From NCBI GenBank assembly GCA_028873925.1, contig JAPPNA010000014.1, positions 3,692-67,691 of the forward strand: 64,000 nucleotides of DNA. Reading direction: 5' to 3'. This document shows positions 9,563 through 19,335 of the stretch, one piece after another (position 1 is the stretch's first letter; each line of letters begins with the position of its first letter). The notes beneath the pieces were generated by a model. It did no database searches, was not told the DNA's origin, and was given only the letters and a program-made list of their open reading frames with translations. A program made the translations under genes and the position numbers. Source of the DNA: Bacteroidota bacterium (GTDB lineage: Bacteria; Bacteroidota; Rhodothermia; Rhodothermales; Bin80).

Positions 9563-11446
9563 ATGAGCAAGATCATTGGCATTGACCTGGGTACGACGAA
9601 TTCCGTAGTCGCAGTCATGGACGGCACCACCCCCAAGGTCGTTGAAAACCTTGAGGGCGGACGTACCACGCCCAGTGTGGTCGCCTTCAAGAAGGATGGC
9701 GAACGACTGGCCGGAGGCCCGGCAAAACGGCAGGCGGTAACCAATCCGCAGAACACCATCTTCTCAATCAAGCGCTTCATGGGCCGTGGCTATTCCGAAG
9801 TTGGCTCCGAGCTCAAGACCGTCCCCTACAAGGTTGAACAGGGCGATGGTGGAACCGCTCGGGTCCGAGTCGGAGACACGCGGTACACGCCGCAGGAAAT
9901 CTCCGCAATGGTGCTGCAGAAGCTCAAAAGCACCGCCGAAGACTATCTGGGTGAGAAAGTGACCGAAGCGGTGATTACCGTACCGGCTTATTTTAACGAT
10001 GCCCAGCGGAAAGCCACCAAAGAGGCCGGAAAGATCGCCGGTCTGGAAGTGCGCCGCATCATCAATGAACCGACGGCGGCGGCACTGGCTTACGGCCTCG
10101 GCAAACAGCAGGAGGACCGTGTGATCGCAGTCTACGACCTTGGAGGCGGTACGTTTGATATCTCCATCCTGGAATTGGGCGGCGGCGTGTTTGAGGTCAA
10201 ATCCACGAATGGGGACACCCACCTGGGTGGTGATGACTTTGACCAGCGGATCATTGATTTTCTGGCCGCGGAATTCCGACGGACGGAGGGCGTGGAGCTG
10301 CGTAACGATCCGATGGCACTCCAGCGGCTGAAGGAAGCTGCTGAAAAGGCCAAAATCGAACTTTCCAGCAGCACGCAGACCTCCATAAACCTGCCTTTCA
10401 TTACCGCCACGGCCAGCGGCCCCAAGCACCTTACGGTGGACCTGACCCGCGCCCGGTTTGAGCAGCTGGTGGGAGACCTGGTGGAACGGACCGTTGAGCC
10501 GATGCGCAAAGCCCTCTCAGATGCCAAACTGACGCAAAAGCAGGTGGATGAGGTGATCCTGGTGGGTGGCTCCACGCGCATACCGCTGGTGCTGTCTACG
10601 GTATCCGAATTCTTCGGCAAATCCCTGAACCGTTCTGTGAACCCGGACGAGGTGGTCGCACTGGGCGCAGCCATCCAGGGAGGCGTGCTGTCGCAGGATA
10701 TAGACGATGTGCTGCTGTTGGACGTAACGCCGCTGAACCTGGGCATTGAAACCCTCGGGCGCGTCATGACCTCGCTCATTGAGGCCAATACAACCATCCC
10801 GACCCGCAAGCAGGAGGTGTTTTCCACGGCGGCTGATAGTCAGACTTCCGTTGAAATCCATGTCCTGCAGGGCAACCGCGGCATGGCGACGCAGAATCGT
10901 ACCATCGGACGCTTCCACCTGGATGGCATCCCGCCAGCCCGGCGCGGCACACCCCAGATTGAGGTGACCTTTGATATTGATGCGGACGGCATCCTGAATG
11001 TGAGCGCGAAAGATAAAGCCACCGGAAAGGAGCAGTCCATCCGCATTGAGGCATCCAGCGGCCTGTCTGAAGCGGAAATCGAACGCATGCGCCAGGAGGC
11101 ACGGGACAATGAGGCCGAAGACAAGAAATTCAGGCAGCATGCGGAACTGATCAACCAGGCGGATTCACTTATCTACTCAACGCGCAACAACCTCAGCGAG
11201 CACGGAGATAAACTGCCGGAGAACAAGAAACAGGCGATTGAAGGTGCCCTTGCACGCCTGGAGGAGCTGCACAAAGAGCAGAATGTCAACGAGCTGCAGA
11301 GCGGCATTGACCAGCTGAATCAGGCCTGGGCCGCGGCCAGTGAAGACATGTACAAGGCGCAGCAGGCAGCCAACGGGGCAGAGGACTCCCAAGGGCAGCC
11401 CGGCGTTGAGGATGTGGACTTCGAGGTAGTAGACGACGAAAAGTAA
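9563..11446 (+). CDS. dnaK: Molecular chaperone DnaK (Hsp70)
   Basis: [30 protein letters not shown], 627 aa with an acidic C-terminus. Confidence 0.98.
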   Translation: MSKIIGIDLGTTNSVVAVMDGTTPKVVENLEGGRTTPSVVAFKKDGERLAGGPAKRQAVTNPQNTIFSIKRFMGRGYSEVGSELKTVPYKVEQGDGGTARVRVGDTRYTPQEISAMVLQKLKSTAEDYLGEKVTEAVITVPAYFNDAQRKATKEAGKIAGLEVRRIINEPTAAALAYGLGKQQEDRVIAVYDLGGGTFDISILELGGGVFEVKSTNGDTHLGGDDFDQRIIDFLAAEFRRTEGVELRNDPMALQRLKEAAEKAKIELSSSTQTSINLPFITATASGPKHLTVDLTRARFEQLVGDLVERTVEPMRKALSDAKLTQKQVDEVILVGGSTRIPLVLSTVSEFFGKSLNRSVNPDEVVALGAAIQGGVLSQDIDDVLLLDVTPLNLGIETLGRVMTSLIEANTTIPTRKQEVFSTAADSQTSVEIHVLQGNRGMATQNRTIGRFHLDGIPPARRGTPQIEVTFDIDADGILNVSAKDKATGKEQSIRIEASSGLSEAEIERMRQEARDNEAEDKKFRQHAELINQADSLIYSTRNNLSEHGDKLPENKKQAIEGALARLEELHKEQNVNELQSGIDQLNQAWAAASEDMYKAQQAANGAEDSQGQPGVEDVDFEVVDDEK

Positions 11447-12250
11447 TCAGCCGCTGGATGGAAGCCGGAAAAGCCGCTCCGCGTTCCGGGTCGTGATACG
11501 GGCGATTTCGTCGGTGGAGACCCCCTTGAGGCGGGCCAGCCTTTCGGAAATGTAACCCAGATACGCGGGCTCGTTACGGCGACCGCGATGCGGGGCCGGG
11601 GTCATATAGGGGGCATCCGTCTCAAGTACGCACGCAGTCAGCGGCACCGGCTCCAACAGCCGGTCGATGCCAGCGTTCCTGAAGGTGATCACCCCGCCGA
11701 TTCCCAGCAGAAATCCCATTGCGGCCGCCTCCTCAATCAGCCACTGGGGTCCGGTAAAGCAGTGAAAGATACCTCTGGGGCGCTGTCCGTCCCAGGGTGG
11801 TATGGTGTCCTTGAGTATTTGCACCGCATCGGCGTGGGCCTCATCGTGACCCTTCCGATCGCGCAGATGAATGACTATCGGCAGGTCAGCCTGTACGGCC
11901 ATGGCCGCATGTTCGTGCAATGCAGCCTGCTGCTGATCATCAAATGAGCGGTCCCAGTAATAGTCCAGTCCGGTTTCGCCGACAGCAATCACCGCCGATT
12001 CATTACAATAGCGGGCTACCTGCTTGATGTCGGCATCCGTGAAGCCCTTTACTTCCGTGGGATGCAGGGCCGCCATGGCGTAGAGCCCGCTGTGCTGTCG
12101 GCACAATGCCAGCGCCAGCTCAATTGAGGGCAGATCGATAGCTGGCATCAGGATGCGGTCCACCCCGCCGGACCGGGCCCGGGCCAGGACCGCAGCAAAG
12201 TCCTCCTGCAATCGGGGATCGTACAGATGTGCGTGCGTGTCAACAAACAT
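11447..12250 (-). CDS. TatD-family metal-dependent hydrolase
   Basis: MFVDTHAHL start, 267 aa, ETDAPY near the C-terminus. Its stop codon abuts the dnaK stop with no spacer. Confidence 0.85.
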   Translation of the reverse strand: MFVDTHAHLYDPRLQEDFAAVLARARSGGVDRILMPAIDLPSIELALALCRQHSGLYAMAALHPTEVKGFTDADIKQVARYCNESAVIAVGETGLDYYWDRSFDDQQQAALHEHAAMAVQADLPIVIHLRDRKGHDEAHADAVQILKDTIPPWDGQRPRGIFHCFTGPQWLIEEAAAMGFLLGIGGVITFRNAGIDRLLEPVPLTACVLETDAPYMTPAPHRGRRNEPAYLGYISERLARLKGVSTDEIARITTRNAERLFRLPSSG

Positions 12251-12385
12251 AGCTTACCTCAACCGTTGATCCTTTGTACTCGCCTGGGCGAATCATTATC
12301 TTGAGTGGGAAACCGGGCAGCTGGCGTACATGACGCTTTTTCAATACTCACCCGTGCCGACGATGATTCGTCCTGATTCGGCCGC

Positions 12386-14425
12386 ATGAACACTCGGAAC
12401 GGTCCGCCCCCGCCGGCTGCATGGGTAAGATTTCCTGGCTGCGTGCTCATCATGCTGGCAGCTGCCGGCACCGGCTCCGCTCAGGACACCTTGAAGGCGG
12501 TGCTGCCCACCGTGGAAATCCAGGCCACGCGGGCATTTGAGTCCACTTTCAGTGCGGCACGCAGCGTATACGTGCTGAATCGGGATCAGACCCTGACGCA
12601 GCCTGGACTGACACTGCAGCAGACACTGCGCGGCATTCCGGGCATTCGCATTACCGACCGCGGACACTACGGCCTGGGAGAACGTGTCCTGGTGCGCGGC
12701 ATGGGGTACCGGGCGGCATTCGGTGTACGGGGCCTCCAAGCCTTCCTTAACGGCGTGCCCCTAACCATGCCCGACGGGCAGAGCATGCTGGATGTGATTG
12801 ACCCCGCCTTCATACGCCGTGCAGAACTGCTCCGGGGTCCCTCGTCCATGTACTGGGGCAATGCAGGCGGCGGGGTGCTCTTTCTATCCACCCTGCCGGA
12901 CTCCAGCACCATGGCACTTCGTTATATGGGCGGCAGCTATGGTCTCAGTCACGCGATGGGCTCGGTTGCCCTGGGTGGAAGCACCTGGGATCTTGGAGGC
13001 TACGCCAGCCGGGTCAGCCGAAAAGGATACCGGGCTCACAGCGATGGCGGATTCATCCGTGTCGGGACGACTGGTCAGGTCCGCACCGGATCATCCGTTA
13101 TCAGCGGCGTGCTGAATCTGGCCTTCCAGGATGTGAATTCTCCGGGGTCCCTGACCGCGGCCCAGTTTGCCGAGGATCCCCGACAGGCCAATGCCCGCTT
13201 TATTGTTCTGGGAGCCGGTAAGAAAAGCGTTCATGCGCTGGGCGGGCTGAGCGTCCGGTCTCAAACCGCCCTCGGTACGCTCGCTGCTACCGCCTGGTAC
13301 ATGACCCGGCGACTGGAAAACGCGCTTACCTATGCCTGGATTGATCTGGACCGGGATGCAGGCGGCGGATATGTACAGCTGCACAACTCAAACGGACCGA
13401 TCTCCTGGAGCGTCGGGGCGGACTTTCGTCGGCAGCATGACCGGCGACAGACGTTCGACAATGAGGCAGGCCAGCCCCGGCGCGACCGCGTTCAGCTGAA
13501 CCAGGACGAAACCGTCACCAGCCTGGCCGCCTTCGCTGCGGCACAGGTCCGGCTGACCCCGAGGCTGGGCCTTACCGGCGGAACCCGTATAGATGCAATT
13601 ACATTCAGCATGGCGGACAAAGCGCTGCACAACGACAATCAGAGTGGAAGCCGGAGTTTCACGGCTCTGAGTTATTCGATCGGCAGCCGTTATCGGGCAC
13701 AATCGCTGACGCTGTACGGCAATTTCAGCACAAGCTTTGAATCGCCGACTACGACGGAATTCATCAATACGCCGGTGTTGGACGGACGCTTCGATGGCGG
13801 CTTCAACCCGGATCTGGGACCGCAGCGGACCTCCGGTCTGGAAGCCGGCATCCGCGGCATTCTGCCAGGCATGGGCCTGCGGCTGGACATGGCCGGCTAC
13901 CACATGCGCATCAAAGACCGCCTCGTGCCCCGACAGTCAGAAGAAGGCCGCACCTGGTATCAGAATGCAGGGCGCAACCGCCACCGGGGCGTTGAACTCG
14001 CCATCACCTGGCCGCTTGAGCGCCGGATTCAGGCGGATATGGCCTACAACTTGAGTCTGCTGAAATTCGTCAGTCAGCCCGATGAGGGTCTGCGCGTGCC
14101 CGGAATCCCGGTGCATCATCTGCAGGCATCGATTCAGATACGCACCGGCAGGCAGTGGATGCTTGAAGCGTCCGCCGAGTACGCATCCGATACGTTCGCC
14201 GATCAGGCCAACCTGCATCGTGTTAAGGCGTACGCGGCCGTGGATCTGCAGGTGGCCCGGAGCAGCTGGCAATTCGGATCCTGGCGAGTCGCCTCCTTTG
14301 CACGTATCCGCAACCTGTTTGACCATTCCTACAGCGGCTCACTGATTGTCAACGCGTTCGGCGGGCGGTATTTTGAGCCAGCAGCCCGGCGGTCCGTTCA
14401 GGCGGGTCTGGGGCTGTCCTACTGA
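12386..14425 (+). CDS. TonB-dependent outer-membrane receptor (siderophore/metal type)
   Basis: Signal peptide, plug region (LQQTLRGIPGIRITDRG..RVLVRGMG), long beta-barrel, aromatic terminal residue (..GLGLSY). Confidence 0.85.
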   Translation: MNTRNGPPPPAAWVRFPGCVLIMLAAAGTGSAQDTLKAVLPTVEIQATRAFESTFSAARSVYVLNRDQTLTQPGLTLQQTLRGIPGIRITDRGHYGLGERVLVRGMGYRAAFGVRGLQAFLNGVPLTMPDGQSMLDVIDPAFIRRAELLRGPSSMYWGNAGGGVLFLSTLPDSSTMALRYMGGSYGLSHAMGSVALGGSTWDLGGYASRVSRKGYRAHSDGGFIRVGTTGQVRTGSSVISGVLNLAFQDVNSPGSLTAAQFAEDPRQANARFIVLGAGKKSVHALGGLSVRSQTALGTLAATAWYMTRRLENALTYAWIDLDRDAGGGYVQLHNSNGPISWSVGADFRRQHDRRQTFDNEAGQPRRDRVQLNQDETVTSLAAFAAAQVRLTPRLGLTGGTRIDAITFSMADKALHNDNQSGSRSFTALSYSIGSRYRAQSLTLYGNFSTSFESPTTTEFINTPVLDGRFDGGFNPDLGPQRTSGLEAGIRGILPGMGLRLDMAGYHMRIKDRLVPRQSEEGRTWYQNAGRNRHRGVELAITWPLERRIQADMAYNLSLLKFVSQPDEGLRVPGIPVHHLQASIQIRTGRQWMLEASAEYASDTFADQANLHRVKAYAAVDLQVARSSWQFGSWRVASFARIRNLFDHSYSGSLIVNAFGGRYFEPAARRSVQAGLGLSY

Positions 14426-14453
14426 TGCGCAGCAGGAACGGAAAACCCGCACC

Positions 14454-15287
14454 ATGAACCGCGGCTCGCCGCCGGCGATTACCCTGACGACCGATTTTGG
14501 TACCCGCGACGGATACCTGGCGGCCATTAAGGGGGTGATCCTATCCGCCTGTCCCAACGCCCGGCTGATTGATATCACGCACCATATCCCTCCGTTTGAT
14601 GTGATGGAGGCGGCCTTTGTGCTGCGGCAGGCAGCTCCGCATTATCCGCCGCACACCATTCATCTGGTGGTGGTGGACCCCGGTGTAGGTTCCGAGCGGT
14701 TGGGGGTCGCGCTGCAGCATAACAGCCACCGCTATGTCGGCCCTGACAACGGATTGTTTGCGCTCGTGCTGGAATCCGCAGAGCCGGACGAACTCGTCCG
14801 CCTGGATGCAGCGAGAATCGGAGTAAGCAAGCCGCCCAGCCGGACATTTCACGGGCGGGATATTTTCGGTCCGGCCGCGGCCCGCCTGGCCTGCGGAGCG
14901 GCACTCAGCGATCTTGGACCGGCCATACCGGCACTGCAATCTTTGCATTGGGCCATCCCCATTGACGATACACACGGCATCCGGGGCTGGGTGGTCCATG
15001 TGGATCATTTCGGCAACTGTATCACCAACATTTCGCGCGATCTCTTCCAGCGACGTGCGGCCGGCAGACAGGTCAAGTGCTATGTGGGCAGCACCATCCT
15101 CAGTGGGCTCCAGGGTACTTATGCCGACAGGGCCGCCGGCGAGCCGGTCCTGCTGTTCGGCAGCAGTGAGGTACTGGAAGTCGCCGTCAATCAGGGAAAT
15201 GCCGCCAACCTTCTCCACATCCGGCGCGGCATGCCCGTCAATATCGTATTCATGGACGCGTCGGAATCGCAGGCAGCAGAATCCTGA
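14454..15287 (+). CDS. SAM hydrolase / SAM-dependent halogenase family protein (DUF62, S-adenosyl-L-methionine hydroxide adenosyltransferase-like)
   Basis: ITLTTDFGTRDGYLAAIKGVI..ITHHIPPFDV..VVVDPGVG. ATG at 14454 chosen over the track start 14346, which overlaps the receptor gene. Confidence 0.8.
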   Translation: MNRGSPPAITLTTDFGTRDGYLAAIKGVILSACPNARLIDITHHIPPFDVMEAAFVLRQAAPHYPPHTIHLVVVDPGVGSERLGVALQHNSHRYVGPDNGLFALVLESAEPDELVRLDAARIGVSKPPSRTFHGRDIFGPAAARLACGAALSDLGPAIPALQSLHWAIPIDDTHGIRGWVVHVDHFGNCITNISRDLFQRRAAGRQVKCYVGSTILSGLQGTYADRAAGEPVLLFGSSEVLEVAVNQGNAANLLHIRRGMPVNIVFMDASESQAAES

Positions 15288-16584
15288 AAGTGCTGCCGCG
15301 CCCGGGCGCGGACTCGGCCAGCTCCAGCGAGCCGCCGTGATATTCTTCTACGATACGCTTAGCCAGACTCAGCCCCAGCCCCCAGCCCCGTTTGCGGGTT
15401 GTGTAACCGGGCTTGAATATATCGTTCCAGTTTCTGCGCTCAATGCCCCTGCCGTTGTCGGTACATTCAATGCAGATCCGACGCTCCTGCCTGCGCACCG
15501 ACAGGGTGATACGTCCTTCCTCCTTATCCATTGCGTCCAAAGCGTTCTTGAGCATATTTTCAATTACCCAGGCAAAGAGCTCCGCATTCAGGGCCACCTG
15601 CCCGACTTCCGCCGTGTCCGCGGTCAGAGTAATTGCGCGCTGCGGCATCCGCCGCCGTATGTATTCCGCTGTACTGCTGATGGCCGCAATGGGAGACTGT
15701 GGTTTGAGCTTTGGCGCGGACCCTATGGCATTGAACCGCTGGGTCACCAGGCTCAGCCGCTGAAGGTCACGATCCATTTCATCCAGCACGCCCTGATCAC
15801 CACCAGGGGCAGAGCGCATGATTTCGAGCCACCCCATCAGGCTTGAAATGGGGGTACCCAGTTGGTGGGCGGCCTCGCGTGCCATCCCAACCCACAGATT
15901 GCTCTGCTCATTGCGTCGCACATGCGAAAACCCCATGTATCCAACCAGCACAAACAGGCTCACAAAGAACAACTGCAGCATCGGATAAATGCGCAGTTCC
16001 CTGATGATGCTGGACTCACCGTAATAGACGCGCTGACTCAGCTGCTGCTCTGGATCCAGGTAGGCTACTTTGATGGGAATCGGTGCGCGCATGCCCGCCA
16101 TGCGGCGGATCTGCCGGTTGAGCAGTTGTGAGTCCTCAGGGGCGAGCGGACCGGTTTCCGGCAGGTCAATATTGTGCCAGATCAGCGGCTCATCCAGGCT
16201 GTCGGTGATAATGGCAGGGACATCCGGGTAATAGTTGCTGATTACGTCAAAGAAGAACTCGATGTGATCCCCCATTGGCATGCTGCCGGCCCAATTGAGG
16301 GCTTCCCGCATTCGGCGCGTATCCGGGCTGTCAGGGTCAAGCAGGGTATCCAGCGTCTGGAATTCAGACTCATAGGGATTAGCCATGGCCGCACGGGCCA
16401 CTTCCTCGCGCGCACCCGCCCAAATGGCCATGCCGGCGAATTCCCGGTCGCGCAGCCGCTGGACCAGGTTGTTGGAGTACCACAGCGAGGTCAGCGCAAT
16501 CAGCAGGGCAAGCACAAAAAGCCCCAGCTTCAGGTCAAGAGTTCTCAGTTGCAGCTTCATCAGCGGTGGATTGACTAGGTACAC
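15250..16584 (-). CDS. Sensor histidine kinase (two TM segments, periplasmic domain, HisKA + HATPase_c)
   Basis: H-box AAHQLGTPISSLMGW. ATPase motifs NALDAM, DNGRGI, GWGLGL. 3' end overlaps the convergent gene by 38 nt. Confidence 0.9.
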   Translation of the reverse strand: MYLVNPPLMKLQLRTLDLKLGLFVLALLIALTSLWYSNNLVQRLRDREFAGMAIWAGAREEVARAAMANPYESEFQTLDTLLDPDSPDTRRMREALNWAGSMPMGDHIEFFFDVISNYYPDVPAIITDSLDEPLIWHNIDLPETGPLAPEDSQLLNRQIRRMAGMRAPIPIKVAYLDPEQQLSQRVYYGESSIIRELRIYPMLQLFFVSLFVLVGYMGFSHVRRNEQSNLWVGMAREAAHQLGTPISSLMGWLEIMRSAPGGDQGVLDEMDRDLQRLSLVTQRFNAIGSAPKLKPQSPIAAISSTAEYIRRRMPQRAITLTADTAEVGQVALNAELFAWVIENMLKNALDAMDKEEGRITLSVRRQERRICIECTDNGRGIERRNWNDIFKPGYTTRKRGWGLGLSLAKRIVEEYHGGSLELAESAPGRGSTFRILLPAIPTRP

Positions 16585-16609
16585 GCGGCACGCCCGGGCT
16601 GCGCGCTGG

Positions 16610-17890
16610 TCAGGAGCCCAAGTGAATGATCTGGTGCCGCTTGGGCCCGGTGGACACCATGTCGATCGGCAGCCCGGTGAATAAGCTGATCTGCCGGATC
16701 AGCGCATGAGCCGCGTCGGGCAGTTCATCAAACGAAGTGGCCCCTATCACCGGCTGCGTCCAGCCCGGAATCGTCCGGTAAACAGGCTCAACTTTTTCGA
16801 GTGTACTCACCGCGCTGGAATAGCCGATGCCTTTGCGGTCCGCGATCCTGTAATCGATGCAGACATTAATGGTGTCCAGTCCGGTCAGCACATCAATCTT
16901 GGTCAGCGCTAGGCCGGTAAATCCGTTCAGCTGACACGCGTACCTGAGCGCAACCAGATCCAGCCAGCCGCACCGTCTCAGCCGACCGGTAGTCGCCCCG
17001 AATTCAACTCCGGCCGCCTGCAGAAATGCTCCGGCTGATCCGTCCAGCTCTGTCGGAAAGGGGCCGTTGCCGACCCGCGTACAGTAGGCTTTGGTGATGC
17101 CGATGACCCGTTCAATTGCGCCCGGCGGGATGCCCAACCCGGTGCAGGCCCCCCCGGCGGTCGGACTGCTGGAGGTCACAAAGGGGTAGGTACCGAAGTC
17201 CAGGTCCAACAGCGATCCCTGCGCACCTTCCGCCAGTACGGACCGGCCTTCCGCCAGTGCCTGGTGCAGCAGGGCCGGAGTGTCCGTCAGGTACGGGCGC
17301 AGTTTCCGGCCGAACGCGGCATAGGCCTCAATCACCTCATCAGGATGGATGGCGCGTTGCCCGAACACCTCGGTAAGCAGGTGATTTTTTTCCCGGGCCA
17401 GCCCTCGGAGCCGAGCCGCCAGGAGATCGGTACAGAGCAGATCCCCCATGCGAATCCCACTGCGGGCGACCTTGTCCACATAGGCCGGTCCAATGCCTCT
17501 GCGAGTAGTGCCGATGGCCTGATCTGAAGCGGTGGCCTCACGGGCGCTGTCAAGGACCAGATGCCAGGGTACGATACAATGAGCATTGCGGGCAATCCAG
17601 AGCCGCCCCTCCAGGTTAAATCCCAGATCGTGCACCGCGGAAATTTCCCTAACCAGAACGCAAGGATCCACAACCACCCCGTTGCCGATGACACAGGTCA
17701 CCCCATCAGCAAACGCACCGCTGGGAATCAGGTGCAATACCTGCGTCTGATCACCCCATTGAATGGTATGGCCGGCATTGGCCCCGCCCTGATAGCGGGC
17801 CACAATGTCAAATTCCGGGGCAATCAGGTCAACGATCTTGCCTTTCCCCTCGTCCCCCCACTGACTTCCGACTACCACAGTCACCGCCAT
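16610..17890 (-). CDS. purA: Adenylosuccinate synthase
   Basis: VVVGSQWGDEGKGKIVD, GGANAGHT, TTRRGIGPAY, 426 aa. Confidence 0.97.
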   Translation of the reverse strand: MAVTVVVGSQWGDEGKGKIVDLIAPEFDIVARYQGGANAGHTIQWGDQTQVLHLIPSGAFADGVTCVIGNGVVVDPCVLVREISAVHDLGFNLEGRLWIARNAHCIVPWHLVLDSAREATASDQAIGTTRRGIGPAYVDKVARSGIRMGDLLCTDLLAARLRGLAREKNHLLTEVFGQRAIHPDEVIEAYAAFGRKLRPYLTDTPALLHQALAEGRSVLAEGAQGSLLDLDFGTYPFVTSSSPTAGGACTGLGIPPGAIERVIGITKAYCTRVGNGPFPTELDGSAGAFLQAAGVEFGATTGRLRRCGWLDLVALRYACQLNGFTGLALTKIDVLTGLDTINVCIDYRIADRKGIGYSSAVSTLEKVEPVYRTIPGWTQPVIGATSFDELPDAAHALIRQISLFTGLPIDMVSTGPKRHQIIHLGS

Positions 17891-17986
17891 GTCCGTCCTC
17901 TACTGAGTCGGCATACTTCCAGCATACATGGGGCGCATTCGTCCGGTGACGCACGGCAGGATACCTGCGTCATCTGAATCAGCCGT

Positions 17987-18337
17987 TCAACCGGTGGCCG
18001 CCTGGTAGCTCTCAGCGGCCTCGCTGACGGACTCAAAATGCTGAAAGATGGTGATGAGCCTGGTCACAATAAGCAGCGACTGGATCCGGTCGGCGGCATT
18101 GGCCAGCCGCAGATCACCACCTGCATTCCGCATGGTAGTCAGCGCGCTGATGAGCATGCCGAGTCCGCTGGAATTCATAAACTTGACGCGCGCCAGGTCC
18201 ACGATCACATTCTTCTTACCCGCATCCTTGAGCTGATGCAGGCGGTCATGGAGTTTAGCACCGTCCGGGCCGCCCATGACATTGCCCTTTAGCGTGATTA
18301 CGACCGCGTTGTACTGCTCGTTGACTGAAAAATTCAT
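17987..18337 (-). CDS. STAS-domain protein (anti-sigma-factor antagonist-like)
   Basis: 116 aa, VIVDLARVKFMNSSGLGMLI pattern typical of SpoIIAA/RsbV-like STAS domains. Confidence 0.8.
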   Translation of the reverse strand: MNFSVNEQYNAVVITLKGNVMGGPDGAKLHDRLHQLKDAGKKNVIVDLARVKFMNSSGLGMLISALTTMRNAGGDLRLANAADRIQSLLIVTRLITIFQHFESVSEAAESYQAATG

Positions 18338-18359
18338 GGTTTATTCCGGCCTCGCAAGA

Positions 18360-19304
18360 TTAGCGCCTTCGGGGAGACCTCCGCTGCGGGGCTGCACGAC
18401 TGTGCAGCTCTACAACGACCGGTGTTGCCACAAAGACAGATGAGTAAGTTCCGATGATGATTCCGATAATGAGAGCGAACGCGAATCCGCGCAACACCTC
18501 GCCCCCGAAGATAAACAAGGTCAGTACAACAAGCAATGTGGTGCCTGAGGTAACAAAAGTCCGGCTTAGCGTCGTGTTCACCGACCGGTTGACGACCTGC
18601 TTGTAAGGCTCGGTCTTGAACAGATTGGTGAACTCCCGAATCCGGTCAAAAATCACCACCGTATCATTGAGCGAGTAGCCCACAATGGTAAGGAACGCCG
18701 CGATGATGGCCTGGTCAATCTGCATCGAGAACGGCAGCAGGCCGCGCAGCAGCGAAAACATCCCCAGCGTTATGAGCACATCATGAAAGAGCGCCGCTAC
18801 CGCACCGAGTCCGAACCGCCATTCAAAGCGGAACATAACGTAGACAAAAATAACCAGCAGCGACCCGATTACCGCATAGATGGAACCCCGCTTGAGGTCC
18901 TCGGCAAACCTCGGACCCACCACATCGGTCTTCACGACGCGCGGATTACTGTCTGGGAAAGTCCCGGCAATGGCCTCCAGGAGGCGCGTCTGCATTTCGG
19001 TGGTCTCCCCCTCCTGGACCGTGCGGATCAGCAATGCATCGGTGCCTTCGGCGGTCACATCGCTGTACGTCTTGACCTCCGGGGCGGTCTCCAGGACCGG
19101 TGTGAGAGTCGCACGCACCTGGGTAACCTCGAGCGGCCGGGTACTTTCGATGACAAACTCCATCCCGCCGCGAAAATCTATCCCCAGCTCCAGGCCTCTA
19201 AACAGCAGCGTCACCAGACTCAGCGCAATCAGTACGCCGCTTATCACATAGCCGCGCCGGCGGCTCTCCACAATGCTGAAATCAGCGTTTTCAAAAATCC
19301 GCAT
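18360..19304 (-). CDS. secF: Protein translocase subunit SecF
   Basis: GIDFRGG, YSLNDTVVIFDRIRE, 6 TM, directly downstream of secD. Confidence 0.93.
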   Translation of the reverse strand: MRIFENADFSIVESRRRGYVISGVLIALSLVTLLFRGLELGIDFRGGMEFVIESTRPLEVTQVRATLTPVLETAPEVKTYSDVTAEGTDALLIRTVQEGETTEMQTRLLEAIAGTFPDSNPRVVKTDVVGPRFAEDLKRGSIYAVIGSLLVIFVYVMFRFEWRFGLGAVAALFHDVLITLGMFSLLRGLLPFSMQIDQAIIAAFLTIVGYSLNDTVVIFDRIREFTNLFKTEPYKQVVNRSVNTTLSRTFVTSGTTLLVVLTLFIFGGEVLRGFAFALIIGIIIGTYSSVFVATPVVVELHSRAAPQRRSPRRR

Positions 19305-19335
19305 CTATGCAAATCCGCTCGTTGCTGCCGAGGGC

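Noticed and set aside
17950-17976. 7-bp inverted repeat TGACGCA..TGCGTCA downstream of the STAS gene as a possible terminator
   Set aside because: No U-tract follows on the transcribed (minus) strand, and the loop is long (12 nt).
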